Origin: Mobula hypostoma
Taxonomy: Eukaryota
Reading direction: 5' to 3'
NCBI RefSeq assembly: GCF_963921235.1
Contig: NC_086097.1
Location: forward strand, 209,810,001-209,874,000
DNA length: 64,000 bases
The position numbers and the translations under genes were made by a program. Positions 38,300-51,272 of this stretch are shown here, piece by piece; position 1 is the stretch's first letter; each line of letters opens with the position of its first letter. A model generated the notes under the pieces. It was not told the origin of the DNA. It saw only the letters and a program-made list of their open reading frames with translations, and did not search any database.

Positions 38300-38620
38300 A
38301 AAATAGAGATTAGCTTTATTTGTCACACGTACATCCAAAACTTACAGTGAAATGCATCGTTTGCGACAAATGAAATTAAATCAGTGAGGCGTGTGCTGGG
38401 AAGCCCTAGAGTATGACCATGCTCCCAGCACCAGCATAGTATGCCCGCAACTCACTATTCCTAAATGTATGTCTTTGGAATATGGGAGGAAACTGGAACA
38501 CCCGGAGGAAACCTACACGGTCACAAGGAGAATATAAAAATTCGCTAAAGACAGCAGTAGGAACTGAACTCTGATCTCACAGCTGACGCTGTAGAGCGTT
38601 GTGCTGACCATCCTGCCCAA
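38300..38620 (-). mobile_element. V-domain SINE (HE1-like)
   Basis: gggaggaaactggaacacccggaggaaacctacacggtcacaaggagaa matches the reverse V-SINE core. The tail is shared with 43270-43440. Confidence 0.7.
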
Positions 38621-39864
38621 AATAAATGTCACTGGGGTGAAAGGGGTGCTGCAAGGTCTGAAGCCACATGTCCATTGATAAGTTCTCCTCTATGGTTTGT
38701 TTTTGCTTTTATGTGCTGCATGTCCACTGAGGCTTGTGGCAGTCCCAAGACGTTCAAGATAAAACATAATGATATATGGTACTGCACTGGGAGCCGAAAC
38801 CAAAGGTCTACCCGGATACTATAAAACATGGGATGGGTGGAAGTCCCAGCCTGTTGAAGGTCTGCTTGCTGCATGGCTAAGCAGATGCTGAGTGTCCATA
38901 TTTAAAATATAAATTACTAAGCCATAAAAGTAATCATAGCAAAGAGATTAATGAAAGAACTGCAGGTTTTGACATGCCAGTGTAATTAACGTTTAAACAT
39001 TTCTAGTCCCAAAAATACTAAAGTGTTTTTCATTCAATGGCCAACTTGCCATTGGATTGGTTGGTGAAGGTCTGATTCCTGTGTTTTATAGGTTGCACTG
39101 AATTATCCTCAATGTTCACCAGGATATCTGCCATGGAAAACTTAACAGTTTGGTTGACTAATCCAGTAAAACCTAACTTTACAGTCCCTATTACATCTTA
39201 GTTCTCCTGTTTCAATGAAATCATAATTACAGGGTAATTAGATGCCAGCAGCAGTATTCAACAGAAATAGTTGTCACAGGCAAGAATGCACTGACCATTA
39301 AATGACAATTAAATTCTTTGTTGTAATATTATTTCTCCTACATAAAATATCAGCCAGGTTCTTTAAACAAAATGCCAAATAACTACTAGACTCTAATTGT
39401 AATGAGTCTAGAAGTAATGACATTAACCAACTTTCAAGGAGAAATATACTCCAAGGGGAATTAATTTAAGTATAAACTTAATTCCTCTTTCTGTATGTCA
39501 GTCATATAATTTTTTCTTAATGGTTATGGAATCATTTAATGGCTGAGAGATTTGCATCAACACCCAAAGCAGAATTACTTGATGATCTCCATTGAATTCC
39601 TACAGCTGCTCTATTCAGTGCCTCTCTAATTGACATTGGCTCCACGTCAGCTGGAACGTCAATGCAGTCAAGGTCAGAGTTTTGGTGCAGTGCTATCAAT
39701 CACAATTTTTTCTGATAAACGAAAGATTTTTGCTAGCGGAGTACAGTTGAGCATGACGTTGAGAACAAGCAAGGTATCTCTCAATGAATAATGGAAATCT
39801 GTTTAGTGCAATTAACTGTTCAGGATCATTACATTGCATAATGTAATGATGGGTACTGGATCCA

Positions 39865-40440
39865 TCATGTAAATTTAATTGCGAAGAAAGCATGACAGCA
39901 CCTCTACTTCCTTAGGAGTCTGCAGAGATTCAGCATGACATCTAAAACTTTGACAAGTTTCTATTGATGTGTAGTGGAGAGTATATTGATTGACTGTACT
40001 GCAGCCTGGTACGGGAACACCAATGCCTTTGAATGGAAATTACTACAAAAGGTACTTACAGGTAAAGCCCTCCCAACCATTGAGCACATCTACATAAAAA
40101 GCTGTTGTAGGAAAGTAGCATCCATCATCAAAGATCCTCACCATCCAGGTCATGCTCTTTTCTCGCTGCTGCCATCAGGTAAGAAGTACAAATGCCTCAG
40201 GAGTCACACCACCAAGTTCAAGAACAATTATTACCCCTCAACCATTAGGTTCTTGAACAAAAGAGGATAGCTACACTCAGCTAATGAGATGTTTCCACAA
40301 CCAATGATCTCACTTTAAGGACTCTTTATCATGTTATTTCATGTTGTTGTTATTTATTGTTATTATTTATTTTGTATTTGCACAAGTTTGTTGTCTTCTT
40401 TGCTCTACTTGCTCTTTCATAGATCCTATTTCATAGATCC
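39865..40440 (+). mobile_element. Rex1-type LINE 3' fragment (tail continues at about 42510-42612)
   Basis: ORF 39974-40270 (IIKDPHHPGHALFSLLPSGKKY); (actttga) tail at 42597-42612 after the CR1 insertion. Confidence 0.85.
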
Positions 40441-42508
40441 CAGTTTGGCAAAAGAATAAATCAAGGAAGGTAGTGCACCCGTGGCTGACAAGAGAAATTA
40501 GGGATAGTATCAATTCCAAAGAAGTAGCATACAAATTAGCCAGAGAAAGTGGCTCACCTGAGGACTGGGAGAAATTCAGAGTTCAGCAGAGGAGGACAAA
40601 GGGCTTAATTAGGAAGGGGAAAAAAGATTATGAGAGAAAACTGGCAGAGAACATAAAAACGGACTGTAAAAGCTTTTATAGATATGTAAAAAGGAAAAGA
40701 CTGATAAAGACAAATGTAGGTCCCCTGCAGACAGAAACAGGTGAATTGATTATGGGGAGCAAGGACATGGCAGACCAATTGAATAATTACTTTGGTTCTG
40801 TCTTCACTAAGGAGGACATAAATAATCTTCCAGAAATAGTAAGGGACAGAGGGTCCAGTGAGATGGAGGAACTGAGTGAAATACATGTTAGTAGGGAAGT
40901 GGTGTTAGGTAAATTGAAGGGATTGAAGGCAGATAAATCCCCAGGGCCAGATGGTCTGCATCCTAGAGTGCTTAAGGAGGTAGCCCAAGAAATAGTGGAT
41001 GCATTAGTGATAATTTTTCAAAACTCGTTAGATTCTGGACTAGTTCCTGAGGATTGGAGGGTGGCTAATGTAACCCCACTTTTTAAAAAAGGAGGGAGAG
41101 AGAAACCGGGGAATTATAGGCCGGTTAGCCTAACGTCGGTGGTGGGGAAACTGCTGGAGTCAGTTATCAAGGATGTGATAACAGCACATTTGGAAAGCGG
41201 TGAAATGATCGGACAAAGTCAGCATGGATTTGTGAAAGGAAAATCATGTCTGACGAATCTCATAGAATTTTTTGAGGATGTAACTAGTAGAGTGGATAGG
41301 GGAGAACCAGTGGATGTGGTATATTTGGATTTTCAAAAGGCTTTTGACAAGGTCCCACACAGGAGATTAGTGTGCAAACTTAAAGCACACGGTATTGGGG
41401 GTAAGGTATTGGTGTGGGTGGAGAATTGGTTAGCAGACAGGAAGCAAAGAGTGGGAATAAATGGGACCTTTTCAGAATGGCAGGCGGTGACTAGTGGGGT
41501 ACCGCAAGGCTCAGTGCTGGGACCCCAGTTGTTTACAATATATATTAATGACTTGGATGAGGGAATTAAATACAGCATCTCCAAGTTTGCGGATGACACG
41601 AAGCTGGGTGGCAGTGTTAGCAGTGAGGAGGATGCTAAGAGGATGCAGGGTGACTTGGATAGGTTGGGTGAGTGGGCAAACTCATGGCAGATGCAATTTA
41701 ATGTGGATAAATGTGAAGTTATCCACTTTGGTGGCAAAAATAGGAAAACAGATTATTATCTGAATGGTGGCCGATTAGGAAAAGGGGAGGTGCAACGAGA
41801 CCTGGGTGTCATTATACACCAGTCATTGAAAGTGGGCATGCAGGTACAGCAGGCGGTGAAAAAGGCGAACGGTATGCTGGCATTTATAGCGAGAGGATTC
41901 GAGTACAGGAGCAGGGAGGTACTACTGCAGTTGTACAAGGCCTTGGTGAGACCACACCTGGAGTATTGTGTGCAGTTTTGGTCCCCTAATCTGAGGAAAG
42001 ACATCTTTGCCATAGAGGGAGTACAAAGAAGGTTCACCAGATTGATTCCTGGGATGGCAGGTCTTTCATATGAAGAAAGACTGGATGAACTGGGCTTGTA
42101 CTCGTTGGAATTTAGAAGATTGAGGGGGGATCTGATTGAAACGTATAAGATCCTAAAGGGATTGGACAGGCTAGATGCGGGAAGATTGTTCCCGATGTTG
42201 GGGAGGTCCAGAACGAGGGGTCACAGTTTGAGGATAGAGGGGAAGCCTTTTAGGACCGAGATTAGGAAAAACTTCTTAACACAGAGAGTGGTGAATCTGT
42301 GGAATTCTCTGCCACAGCAAACTGTTGAGGCCAGTTCATTGGCTATGTTTAAGAGGGAGTTAGATATGGCCCTTGTGGCTACAGGGGTCAGGGGGTATGG
42401 AGGGAAGGCTGGGTTCTGAGTTGGATGATCAGCCATGATCATAATAAATGGCGGTGCAGGCTCGAAGGGCCGAATGGCCTACTCCTGCACCTATTTTCTA
42501 TGTTTCTA
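40441..42508 (+). mobile_element. Young 5'-truncated CR1 LINE
   Basis: Uninterrupted ORF2 3' part, hairpin-containing 3' UTR and ttctatgtttctat tail; inserted into a Rex1 tail. Confidence 0.96.
40473..42419 (+). CDS. CR1 ORF2 reverse transcriptase domain and C-terminus (open frame, endonuclease missing)
   Basis: KSPGPDG, NYRPVSLTS, QHGF, YLDFQKAFD, GVPQGSVLGP, KFADD, RPHLEYC. The start is a truncation point, not a true initiator. Confidence 0.9.
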   Translation: MHPWLTREIRDSINSKEVAYKLARESGSPEDWEKFRVQQRRTKGLIRKGKKDYERKLAENIKTDCKSFYRYVKRKRLIKTNVGPLQTETGELIMGSKDMADQLNNYFGSVFTKEDINNLPEIVRDRGSSEMEELSEIHVSREVVLGKLKGLKADKSPGPDGLHPRVLKEVAQEIVDALVIIFQNSLDSGLVPEDWRVANVTPLFKKGGREKPGNYRPVSLTSVVGKLLESVIKDVITAHLESGEMIGQSQHGFVKGKSCLTNLIEFFEDVTSRVDRGEPVDVVYLDFQKAFDKVPHRRLVCKLKAHGIGGKVLVWVENWLADRKQRVGINGTFSEWQAVTSGVPQGSVLGPQLFTIYINDLDEGIKYSISKFADDTKLGGSVSSEEDAKRMQGDLDRLGEWANSWQMQFNVDKCEVIHFGGKNRKTDYYLNGGRLGKGEVQRDLGVIIHQSLKVGMQVQQAVKKANGMLAFIARGFEYRSREVLLQLYKALVRPHLEYCVQFWSPNLRKDIFAIEGVQRRFTRLIPGMAGLSYEERLDELGLYSLEFRRLRGDLIETYKILKGLDRLDAGRLFPMLGRSRTRGHSLRIEGKPFRTEIRKNFLTQRVVNLWNSLPQQTVEASSLAMFKRELDMALVATGVRGYGGKAGF

Positions 42509-43194
42509 TTTACAGTTACTATTCTACAGATTTGTTGAGTTTGCCTGCAAGAAAAAGAATCAGAGTTGTCATGTATGTACTCTGATCATAAATTTTACTT
42601 TGAACTTTGAACTCAAAAATGCTTTGGACATCATTTTATGCCAAATTACTGTATGTGTGGAAGAAGTTATAAGTTGGAATGAAAGTTGGCGCCAAGCTGA
42701 GGTCTCCATTGAGGTCGTGACTCAGATAGTTGTTTTTTTTAGGTCTGTAGGGATGGTTTTGGGGACAGAGACGAGAGTTAGGATCAGGTTAGATCTCAGG
42801 GAGAGAGGTGTGGGGGAATTAAAGGACAGGCTGGAGTCAAAGCTTCCACTGCATGTTTGAAGGTCAACAACGTGCACGTGATCAAATGTCGGGCCAGCAG
42901 AGCAGCAAAGTAAGTGTTCAGCTTCCCTTCATCAGCGAGCCCAGTGGTTTATTCCTGGAGTTTGGGTCTTCATCCTGATACCTCACTCATTGTCATCAGC
43001 GAGTCCAAGGGTTGACACTGCAAGTCAAAGCCCAAAGGTCAATCGCAAGACCAGATCAAATCCAAAGGTCAGTTAGAAATCCAGATGGCCAGAGTCCCGA
43101 GTCTGCGAATCTCAGGGAAGTTGAAGGTCCAATGTCTGTGAGTTCGCAACTCTGCTGATGCTCTGTCCTGGGGTTAGAAGACAGTGTATGTGTG

Positions 43195-43442
43195 TGGGTG
43201 AAGGGTAGGAGGGAGGAACGGGGCTCGTTTTGCTGTTGTTGCTTCGTTACTTAGTATGACCTGGTTTGTTGTGTTGTATGCTGTTTTGCTGAGCATGCTG
43301 GGCATGCTGTGTTGGTGCTGGAATATGTGGCGTCACTTGTGGGCTGCCCCCAGCGTATCCTTGGTTGTGTTGGTTGTTAACGCAAATAGCACATTTCACT
43401 GCATGTTTTGATGTATTAGTAATAATAAATCTGAATCTGAAC
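43195..43442 (+). mobile_element. Non-LTR/SINE 3' tail
   Basis: Reverse-complement similarity to 38310-38450; ends aataaatctgaatctgaa. Confidence 0.6.
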
Positions 43443-43971
43443 CTCAACAGAACAATGCCCAGATGATCATTGAATTAGGCAGCACCAGAGAAACGCCCCA
43501 TGAAAGACTTGTTTCTTGGCCTATGCTTCACTTTCTAAAGTAGCAACCATGTACCAGTCGATAGAGTGGGATATCTGTACCCTGATAATCCATGGTGACA
43601 TCTATCTTTTCTCTCACATTTTGGGCCCTAAATAGATAAGCTCACTTGATGGTCCAAATGGTCCTTAGTGGTTGTGATTAGTCTAGAAATTGCAGTCACA
43701 GCAGTGACACAATTAACTGTGATCACCATTATTTAAGTAGAAGTGTGATAGCAACTTCACACAGGGGCATTTGGATATACAAATTGGGAATCTTCTGTTG
43801 TAGATACTCATAAGATTCATAAAGTTGGTTACTCATTGTCTGGCTCCCATTGAAGTGTACAGAGTAGCTTGAAGCTCTTCTGCTTGTTCATTAAATATAA
43901 AGCAAGCTAACCACAGAAAGTCAGTCATTTCAACTGTGAGTAATTTTACAGAATGAGCTAAGTGTTAAATC

Positions 43972-45235
43972 ATACAAAATGCTAGAGGAACTTAACGGCT
44001 TAAGCAACATCAATAGGAAGCAATAAATAGTCAAAATTTTGGGCTGAGACTCTTCATCAGCACTTGGAAGAATAAGAAAGTGTGGGGTGGAGGGGGTGGA
44101 GGAGGGAAAGGAATACAAACTAAAGAGGACAGCATCAATGATGGAGGAAGGGAAACCCCGTTTCCAGTCACAACTGTGACTGCAATTTCCAGAACATCAG
44201 AGATGAACTCCTTCAGAGAATGAGCTTTTCCTTCCTTCACCATTGATGCTCTCCTCACCTGCATCTCTTCCATTTTCCAGACATCTTCTCTCTACCTTAA
44301 CAAGGATGGAGTTCCTCTTGTCCTTACCTACCACACCATGGTGTTGGCATCTAACAGATGGTTTTCTACAACTTCCACTGTCTTCAATGGGATCTTACCA
44401 CCAAACACATCTTCACTTCCCCCAACCCAATTCTCCACTTTCTACAGAGATCACACTCTCCACCATTCCCTTGGACTTTCATCCCACCCCACTACACTTC
44501 CTCCTGGTACTTATCCCTGCAAGCAGAAGAAGTGCTACACCTGCCCATTCACCTCCATTCAGGGCTCCAAACAGTCCTTCCAGGTTCAACACTATACCTG
44601 CAAATCCATTGGTGTCATCTACTATATCCGGTGCTCGCAATGTGGCCTCCTCTACATCAGTGAGACCCGACATGCATTGGGGGACCGCTTTGTCGAGCAC
44701 CTTGTCTCCATCCACAACAAGCAGAGTTTTCCAGTGGCCAACCATTTTTATTCTAATCCCCATTCCCATTCTGACACGTAGGATCATGGTCTCCTCTACT
44801 GTATATGAAGAGCCACTCGCAGTTCGCAGGAACAACATTCCGTCTGATTAGCCTCCAACCCGATGACATGAACATTGATTTCTCTCACTTCTGCTTACTT
44901 GTCCCCCTCCCCTTCACTCTTCTTCCATTCCTCACTCTGTCTCCCCTCTTACCTCTACTCTTCTCCTCACCTTCCTATCACCTCCCCCTGGTTTCCCTCC
45001 TCATTCCCTTTCTTCCATGGTCCACTCTCCTCTCCTGTCAGTTTCCTTCTTCAGCCCTTTACCTTTTCCACCTCTCACCTCCCAGTTTCTCACTTCACCC
45101 CACCCCCTCCCTTTCCACCTGGCTTCACCTATCACTTTCTGGCTTGTCTTCCTTCTCCTCCTCCACCTTCTGATTCTGGTTTCTTCCCCTTTCCTTTCCA
45201 GTCCTGATGAAGGGTCTCGGCCCAAATTGTTGGTC
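43972..45235 (+). mobile_element. Penelope-like element remnant: inverted terminal repeat, GIY-YIG endonuclease region, terminal repeat with hammerhead
   Basis: ORF 44338-44781 PCKQKKCYTC...VIYYIRCSQCGLLYISET...RFVEH is a GIY-YIG domain; cagtcctgatgaagggtctcggccc at 45199; reversed repeat at 43972-44150. Confidence 0.9.
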
Positions 45236-45824
45236 ATTTATTACATTGTTCAATTCAATTTTCTTTTAAAAACATTATTTTCTGTTTCTCTCTTCGAAAC
45301 CAATCTACCTATATTTCTTTCTGTATCTGATTCGGAAATGTGTATTCCTAATCCAGACATTGTTCTATTAACTAATTGGAAGAGGAGACCGGGTGGCATC
45401 CTCCTCCTCAGCAACGGTGGCACTCAGTGCCCAAACACAGAGCATATGGCCACAGGATTTGTAACAATCTTTTGCTGCAAGTGTCAAGTAAATGACTCAT
45501 TCTGGCCCCCTCTTAAGGTCCAAGCTAACATACAAGCCAGTATTCACTCAGTTCAACCTGTTCCACAAGATATCGGAACAAACTGAGCATATTTGTTTGA
45601 GCAAAAGTTATGGGCTCCAACAACACCCCAGCTGTATTGCTGACAACTTATGCTCCACAACTAGCTGTTTCCCCCACCAAGCTGTGCCAGTGCTGCCAAG
45701 GCACAGGTACTTACGTGACAATGTGGAAAATTCTCCAAGTCTGTTTCATCTACAAAAAGATGAACAAACTAAGTCTGGTCAATTACTACAATATTAACTG
45801 CTCTCAAGTTACCATCCTATTGAG

Positions 45825-46590
45825 TTATAGGAATAGATTGAATAGGTTAGGACATTTTTCCCTGGTGGAGAGGAGGATGAGGGGGGATTTGATAGAGGTG
45901 CTGTATATATAGGGGTATGGCCGTTCATTGTGTGCCGTGTCGTATGACCAAGAATGTCCTTTGCAAATTTTTCTTCTGAAGTGGTTTGCCATTGTCTTCT
46001 TCTGGGCAGTGTCTTAACAAGACAGGTGACCCCCAGCCATTATCAATACTCTTCAGAGATTGTCTGCCTGGTGTCAGTGACTGCATAATCAGGACTTGAG
46101 ATATGAACCAGCTGCTCATGCAACCATCCACCATCTGTTCCCATGGCTTCACATGACCCTCATGCTACACCTTACCCAAGGGTGACCTGCAGGCCGGTGG
46201 AGGGAAGGAGTGCCTTACACCTCCTTTAGTAGAGCAGTATCTCCACTCTGCCAACCCATATAGGGGTGTAGATAGGTTAAATGCAAGCAGGCTTTTACCA
46301 CTGAGGTTGGGTGAGACTAGGACTAGAGATCAAAGGTGAAATATATAATGGGAACCTAAGGGAGAACTTCTCCGGAGGACGGTGAGAGTGTGGATCAAGA
46401 TGCCAGTGACAGAGGTGAATGCAGGTTTGATTTTAACATTTAAGTGAAGTTTGGATGAGAACATAGATGGGAGGGACATGGAGAGCCGTGGTCCAGGTGT
46501 GGGTCGACGGGACTATAACAGGCAGAATAACAACTCAGCATGGACTAGATATACTTGTTTCTGTGCTTAGTGTTCTATAACTCTACATTG
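45825..46590 (+). mobile_element. Degenerate CR1 3' fragment split by an insertion
   Basis: LSYRNRLNRLGHFSLVERRMRGDLIEV before 45910; resumes at about 46258. Confidence 0.8.
45921..46257 (-). mobile_element. RTE/Bov-B-related short retroposon
   Basis: Flanked by an approximately 14-bp duplication atataggggt(atgg/gtag); minus-strand gaagaagacaatggcaaaccacttc resembles the Bov-A/RTE 3' motif. Confidence 0.6.
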
Positions 46591-46735
46591 TGACTGAATC
46601 ATCCTGTTAAATTGTCCCTTTGTATTTTTTTCTAACACTTTCTCTTCTCAGCCCTTTCTACAATTTAAAAAGAACTTTCATTTTCTCTTCCTCATTTCTG
46701 ATGGAAGGTCGTTGACCTGGAATGTTAACCCAAAA

Positions 46736-47450
46736 GACCATAAGACATAGGAGCAGAATTAGGCCATTCAGCCAACTGAGTCTGATTTATTGTTCCTCTC
46801 AACCCCATTCTTCCGTCTAATTAAATACCTATCAACCTCTATTTTGAATATACCCAATGACTTCACTTGGTGGCAATACATTCCACAGAGTCACCACTCT
46901 CTGGTTAAAGAAATGTTTCCTCATCTCTGTTCTAAAGGGATATCCTTCTAAGGCTGTGCCCTCTGGTCCTAGACTCTGCCACTATCTGAAACATCCTCTG
47001 CACATCCACTCTACCTAAGCCTTGTAATATTCAGTAGCTATCAGGTTTCAATAAGATCACCCTCATACTCCTAAACTCCAGCAAGTACATGCCCAGAGCC
47101 ATCAAATGCTCCTCATACATTAATCCTTTCTTTCCTGGGATCATTCTTGTAAACCTCTTCTGGACCCACTTCAATCTTAGATATCTTATAATACCATATT
47201 TCTCAAATATAGGGCCCAAAACTGCACACAATAGTCCTAATGTTGTGTGACCAATGCCTTATAAAGCCTCAGAATTACATCCTTGCTTTTATAGTCTACT
47301 CATCTTGTAATAAATGCTAATATTGTATTTGCTTTCCTTACTACCGAATCAATCTGCAAGGTAACACTTAGGGAATCCTGCAGAAGGACTCCCAAATCAC
47401 CTTGCAACTCTGATTTCTGAATTTGTTCCAATTTAGAAAATAGTCTATGC
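46736..47450 (-). mobile_element. Degenerate CR1 LINE fragment
   Basis: Minus ORFs 47031-47231 (VQKRFTRMIPG) and 47300-47521; agaccataagacatag tail. Confidence 0.85.
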
Positions 47451-49450
47451 TCTTTCCCATTCAGCAGGTGCTGCCTGACCTGCTGAATGTTTCCAACATT
47501 TTGTGCTTTTATCTTCAACATTAGCTTCCTTGTTTGTTATTCTGGAGTGTTAACAATGCAACATCAAGTGACAGGGCATGATGGAACAGAACATGTTATG
47601 AGATGAATTTGTGTGATGTGGCTCTAGCTCTTCAAGAAACTGTTAAGATCAATCTATTTACCCAGATGACCAAAGTTACTAGTCATCTAGTAACTTCTAC
47701 TATGTAGTGCAAAATTATTGTGTGCTATTTTCAAAAGTTTTTATTAAAACTTGAGTTAAAGTAAATCAGTGATCATGGTACTCACAATTTTCTTCCCTGG
47801 TACTTTGTACATCCAATCTGCCAAAGCACAGAGGTGCCCAGGTTCCCAGTGGAGTTCAACTTTTGTTTATTCAAAGAGATCATAATTTGCAAAATTATTG
47901 ACTTTTGGCCTCGTGGTACCGGTCAATACAATGTTAACAAATTTCAAAATGAGACTTTTGCAGCTGAAGATGTGATTGAATTCAGTATCTTTTTTAGTTT
48001 CACCTAGAGTTGGAAATCAGTTGGGCAAATACCCATGATGTGACCTATGTGTTGATCAAATGTGAGACTGGACTTTTTTTTTAGGAAAGCAGATCTATTG
48101 AATAGATGAACATAAGAACAGGAAAAGCAAACATTTAAAAAAAACATGAAATAATTCAGAATATTTCAGAAGCTATCTAACGTGTAAGCATATGTAGAAG
48201 GTATACCCAATACTACCCAAGAAATAAATTTTACACCGTATCTCTTTTTCTCATCAGCTTTTCCTGAATACGTTGAATGAATTGAGTTCCAGAATACAAT
48301 TTTCTGTAGCCTAATATGCATTCCCAAAGTTCTTGCAGTAGTTTTCAGTTCCAAATCCTACATAATAACATTAAGACTAGATTAAGTAATCAGTACCTAG
48401 AAAATCTTTTTTACTCCTCCTCGCGTGCTCTAAAATGTTATCAGTTCATTTAGCAAATGCCTATGATGATCATTGGCCAGTTGCATCAAGGTCACATCAA
48501 GCCAGATGATGTACCTTCTTGTATTTGAAACTCTACCATTGAATCTTCCCTTCCTGAGACCTGGCTTTTAAAATTGGGCATGAGAGCGGTGGAAGTGAAA
48601 AAGGAGTGATATAGAGATAGACATCCTGGATTCTCCATAGTTCTTGTAAACGAGGGAAGAAATGTCACTTCAGCACTCTTCAATCATCAGGAAACTTGGA
48701 TGGTATCATTCCCACTTGCAGGCTTTGTACAGATCTCTGAAGGACTAAACCCTACATGTGCCTAGAGATAGGCAGCCCCCATAACAACATAGTCTGGGTG
48801 TCTCTGTAATGAGCCAAAAGAGGCATAACACAGACAGTGATGTCACCCCATACTAGTTTGAGATGGAAATCTCATTAGAATTGAGAGAGTGATTCGTGGC
48901 AGAAGGGCCAGTGCAAATTTTCCTATGTGACTCACAATAATCTGGAAACAGGTGTGGTGTGCTTCATCTGTGGTAAGTGTGATTTCAACTGCATAACACT
49001 GAAAAGAACATATAGTGAATTGCTGGGCAAGAATTTCTAGACCCCAAGTTCATAACAAAATCCTAAGAATTTATTAAATTACCTTGAAATAATGACTATA
49101 TTTAATGAGTTTGGTTTTAGTTTTGATTTTTCAGTTTTTTATTTAATTGGTATATGTAATCTGTTCACTGGTATCTTATTCTGTTGTGATTTGTCCAATC
49201 TTAAATCAGTTGCAAGAGTCTTGACCAGCATTCAATGGGAAACTTCCATGTGTAAATCATGGCTGTGACGAACAAAAGTAATGAATTTGTAATGGTATTG
49301 CTCTTATCAGGCTCATCGTCTATAGGAATTATACTAGAAATATAACCCTTGATGATTACAAAACCAATAGCAGTCAGCATTTTAAATGAAGTACATATAC
49401 TATGTCCATATTTGCTTAAGGATGTCTACACACAAAAATCCTCCTTTGAC

Positions 49451-49732
49451 TAATTACTTTGGTTCTGTCTTCACTAAGGAGGACATAAATAATCTTCCGG
49501 AAATAGTAGGGGACAGAGGGTCCAGTGAGATGGAGGAACTGAGGGAAATACATGTTAGTAGGGAAGTGGTGTTAGGTAAATTGAAGGGATTGAAGGCAGA
49601 TAAATCCCCAGGGCCAGATGGTCTGAATCCCAGAGTGCTTAAGGAAGTAGCCCAAGAAATAGTGGATGCATCAGTGATAATTTTTCAAAACTCTTTAGAT
49701 TCTGGACTAGTTCCTGAGGATTGGAGGGTGGC
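49451..49732 (+). mobile_element. Internal fragment of the young CR1 family
   Basis: Nearly identical to about 40783-41064; has neither end of the element. Confidence 0.92.
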
Positions 49733-51272
49733 AAAGCAAGCTACACAGATCTCAGTGTGGAGTTGCTATGCTGGATGACAGTAACGTTTCAAATGGCCTC
49801 ATTCCATACTGTAGAAAAGAGGTACATCAACTTCCCAATGACTAGCTAGAAGCACCTCTTTAGCGTTTGTGTGTGTATGTGCAAATGTCACACAAGTGCC
49901 GAATTTGGTTGAGCCCAGTTCAAACCTTTACCCTCTCTCAGCAGATACAGTATCTTAAGCTTCACTGTATAATGAGATGTGGAAACATAATTAGCATTTA
50001 TGAAGCCATGTATTATCTCAAAAAATTACTATGAATGGAGAGGAAGAAAATTAGAGTCCTGATGAAGTGTCTCGGCCCAAAACTTCAACTCGTTATTTCT
50101 TTTGATAAATGCTGCCTGACCTGCTGAGTTCCTCCAACATTTTGTGTCTGTTAAATCTAGAAAATTGGAGTGTGAGGTTTTTTAATGCTTTGTTTACCTT
50201 TTCCTTTTCTGCTTTGCATTTTCACATGTACAATGATGATATGAAACTAATAGTGAATGAATTGAATTAAATCATTTGAGAGATCCAAATAAAATTACGT
50301 ACACGGTTGTAAAAATGACCCAAATGTCTAGTTTTGGTGGCTTGGCATCAAGATGGCCAATACCATGTGCCTGTTGTTTTATATACAGGTGATAAAAATC
50401 AATTCAGGGCATCATTAAAATTGTTTCAGTACCCAAAAAAACAATAAAATACACCTTAGTGCATTATCTGCTTCATTAGTTGGAGCTGGTAAACGTAGGC
50501 TGAGCACAGCAAGTTAAATGAGATGGTGTCCTTTGACTATATCTGTAGTGTCAGAGTCATAGAGTACTGCAGCACAGAAACAGGTCTTTCGGCCCATCTA
50601 GTCTGTTCCGAGCTGTTAATCTGCTTAGTTCAGTCAACCCATACTTGGACCATAGCCCTCCATACCCCTCACACCAATGTATTTATCAAAACTTCTCTTC
50701 AATGTTGAAATCGAACCTGCATCCACTTGTGCAGCTCATTTCACACTCTCACTACCCTCTGAGTGGTTAAACTATTATTTTATATAATGTTGAACAGGCA
50801 TTTTTGGCACAGAGTAATGTGTTAAGTTATTTGAAAGCCCTATTTATTATAAATTAAACCCTTAAGGAATTTGCCAACAGTATGGATGAAGGGTCTCGGC
50901 CCCAAGTGTCAACTGTTTACTCTTTTCTATAAATGCTGCCTGGCCCGGTGAGTTCCTCCAGCATTTTGTGTGTGTTAGCTTTAGAAAAGCCTGCAAACAG
51001 TACTATCTCTTCTATGATCCCACTTTCAGTATAGCAAAGTGAGAAGTCTTCCAGAGTGTTTTGGAAGTGTTTTAGTGTTCAGTGCTGAAAAGAGAACTTT
51101 TAATTTTAAGTTACTTATCAAAATTAACTGCTGAAAATTATCTGGCCATATAGATCCTGATACTAACAACACAGTAAGAAATGTAATATTCTTCCAGCAC
51201 TTGGTTAAACAAAAAAATGTACAGCTATCTGACATAAAATCGATTCAAGCAAAATGGCATCTTCTTCTCCAT

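Noticed and set aside
44243..45586. Cluster of overlapping Pro/Ser/Phe-rich ORFs
   Set aside because: They come from the pyrimidine-rich Penelope 3' region; only the 44338-44781 frame has real (GIY-YIG) homology.
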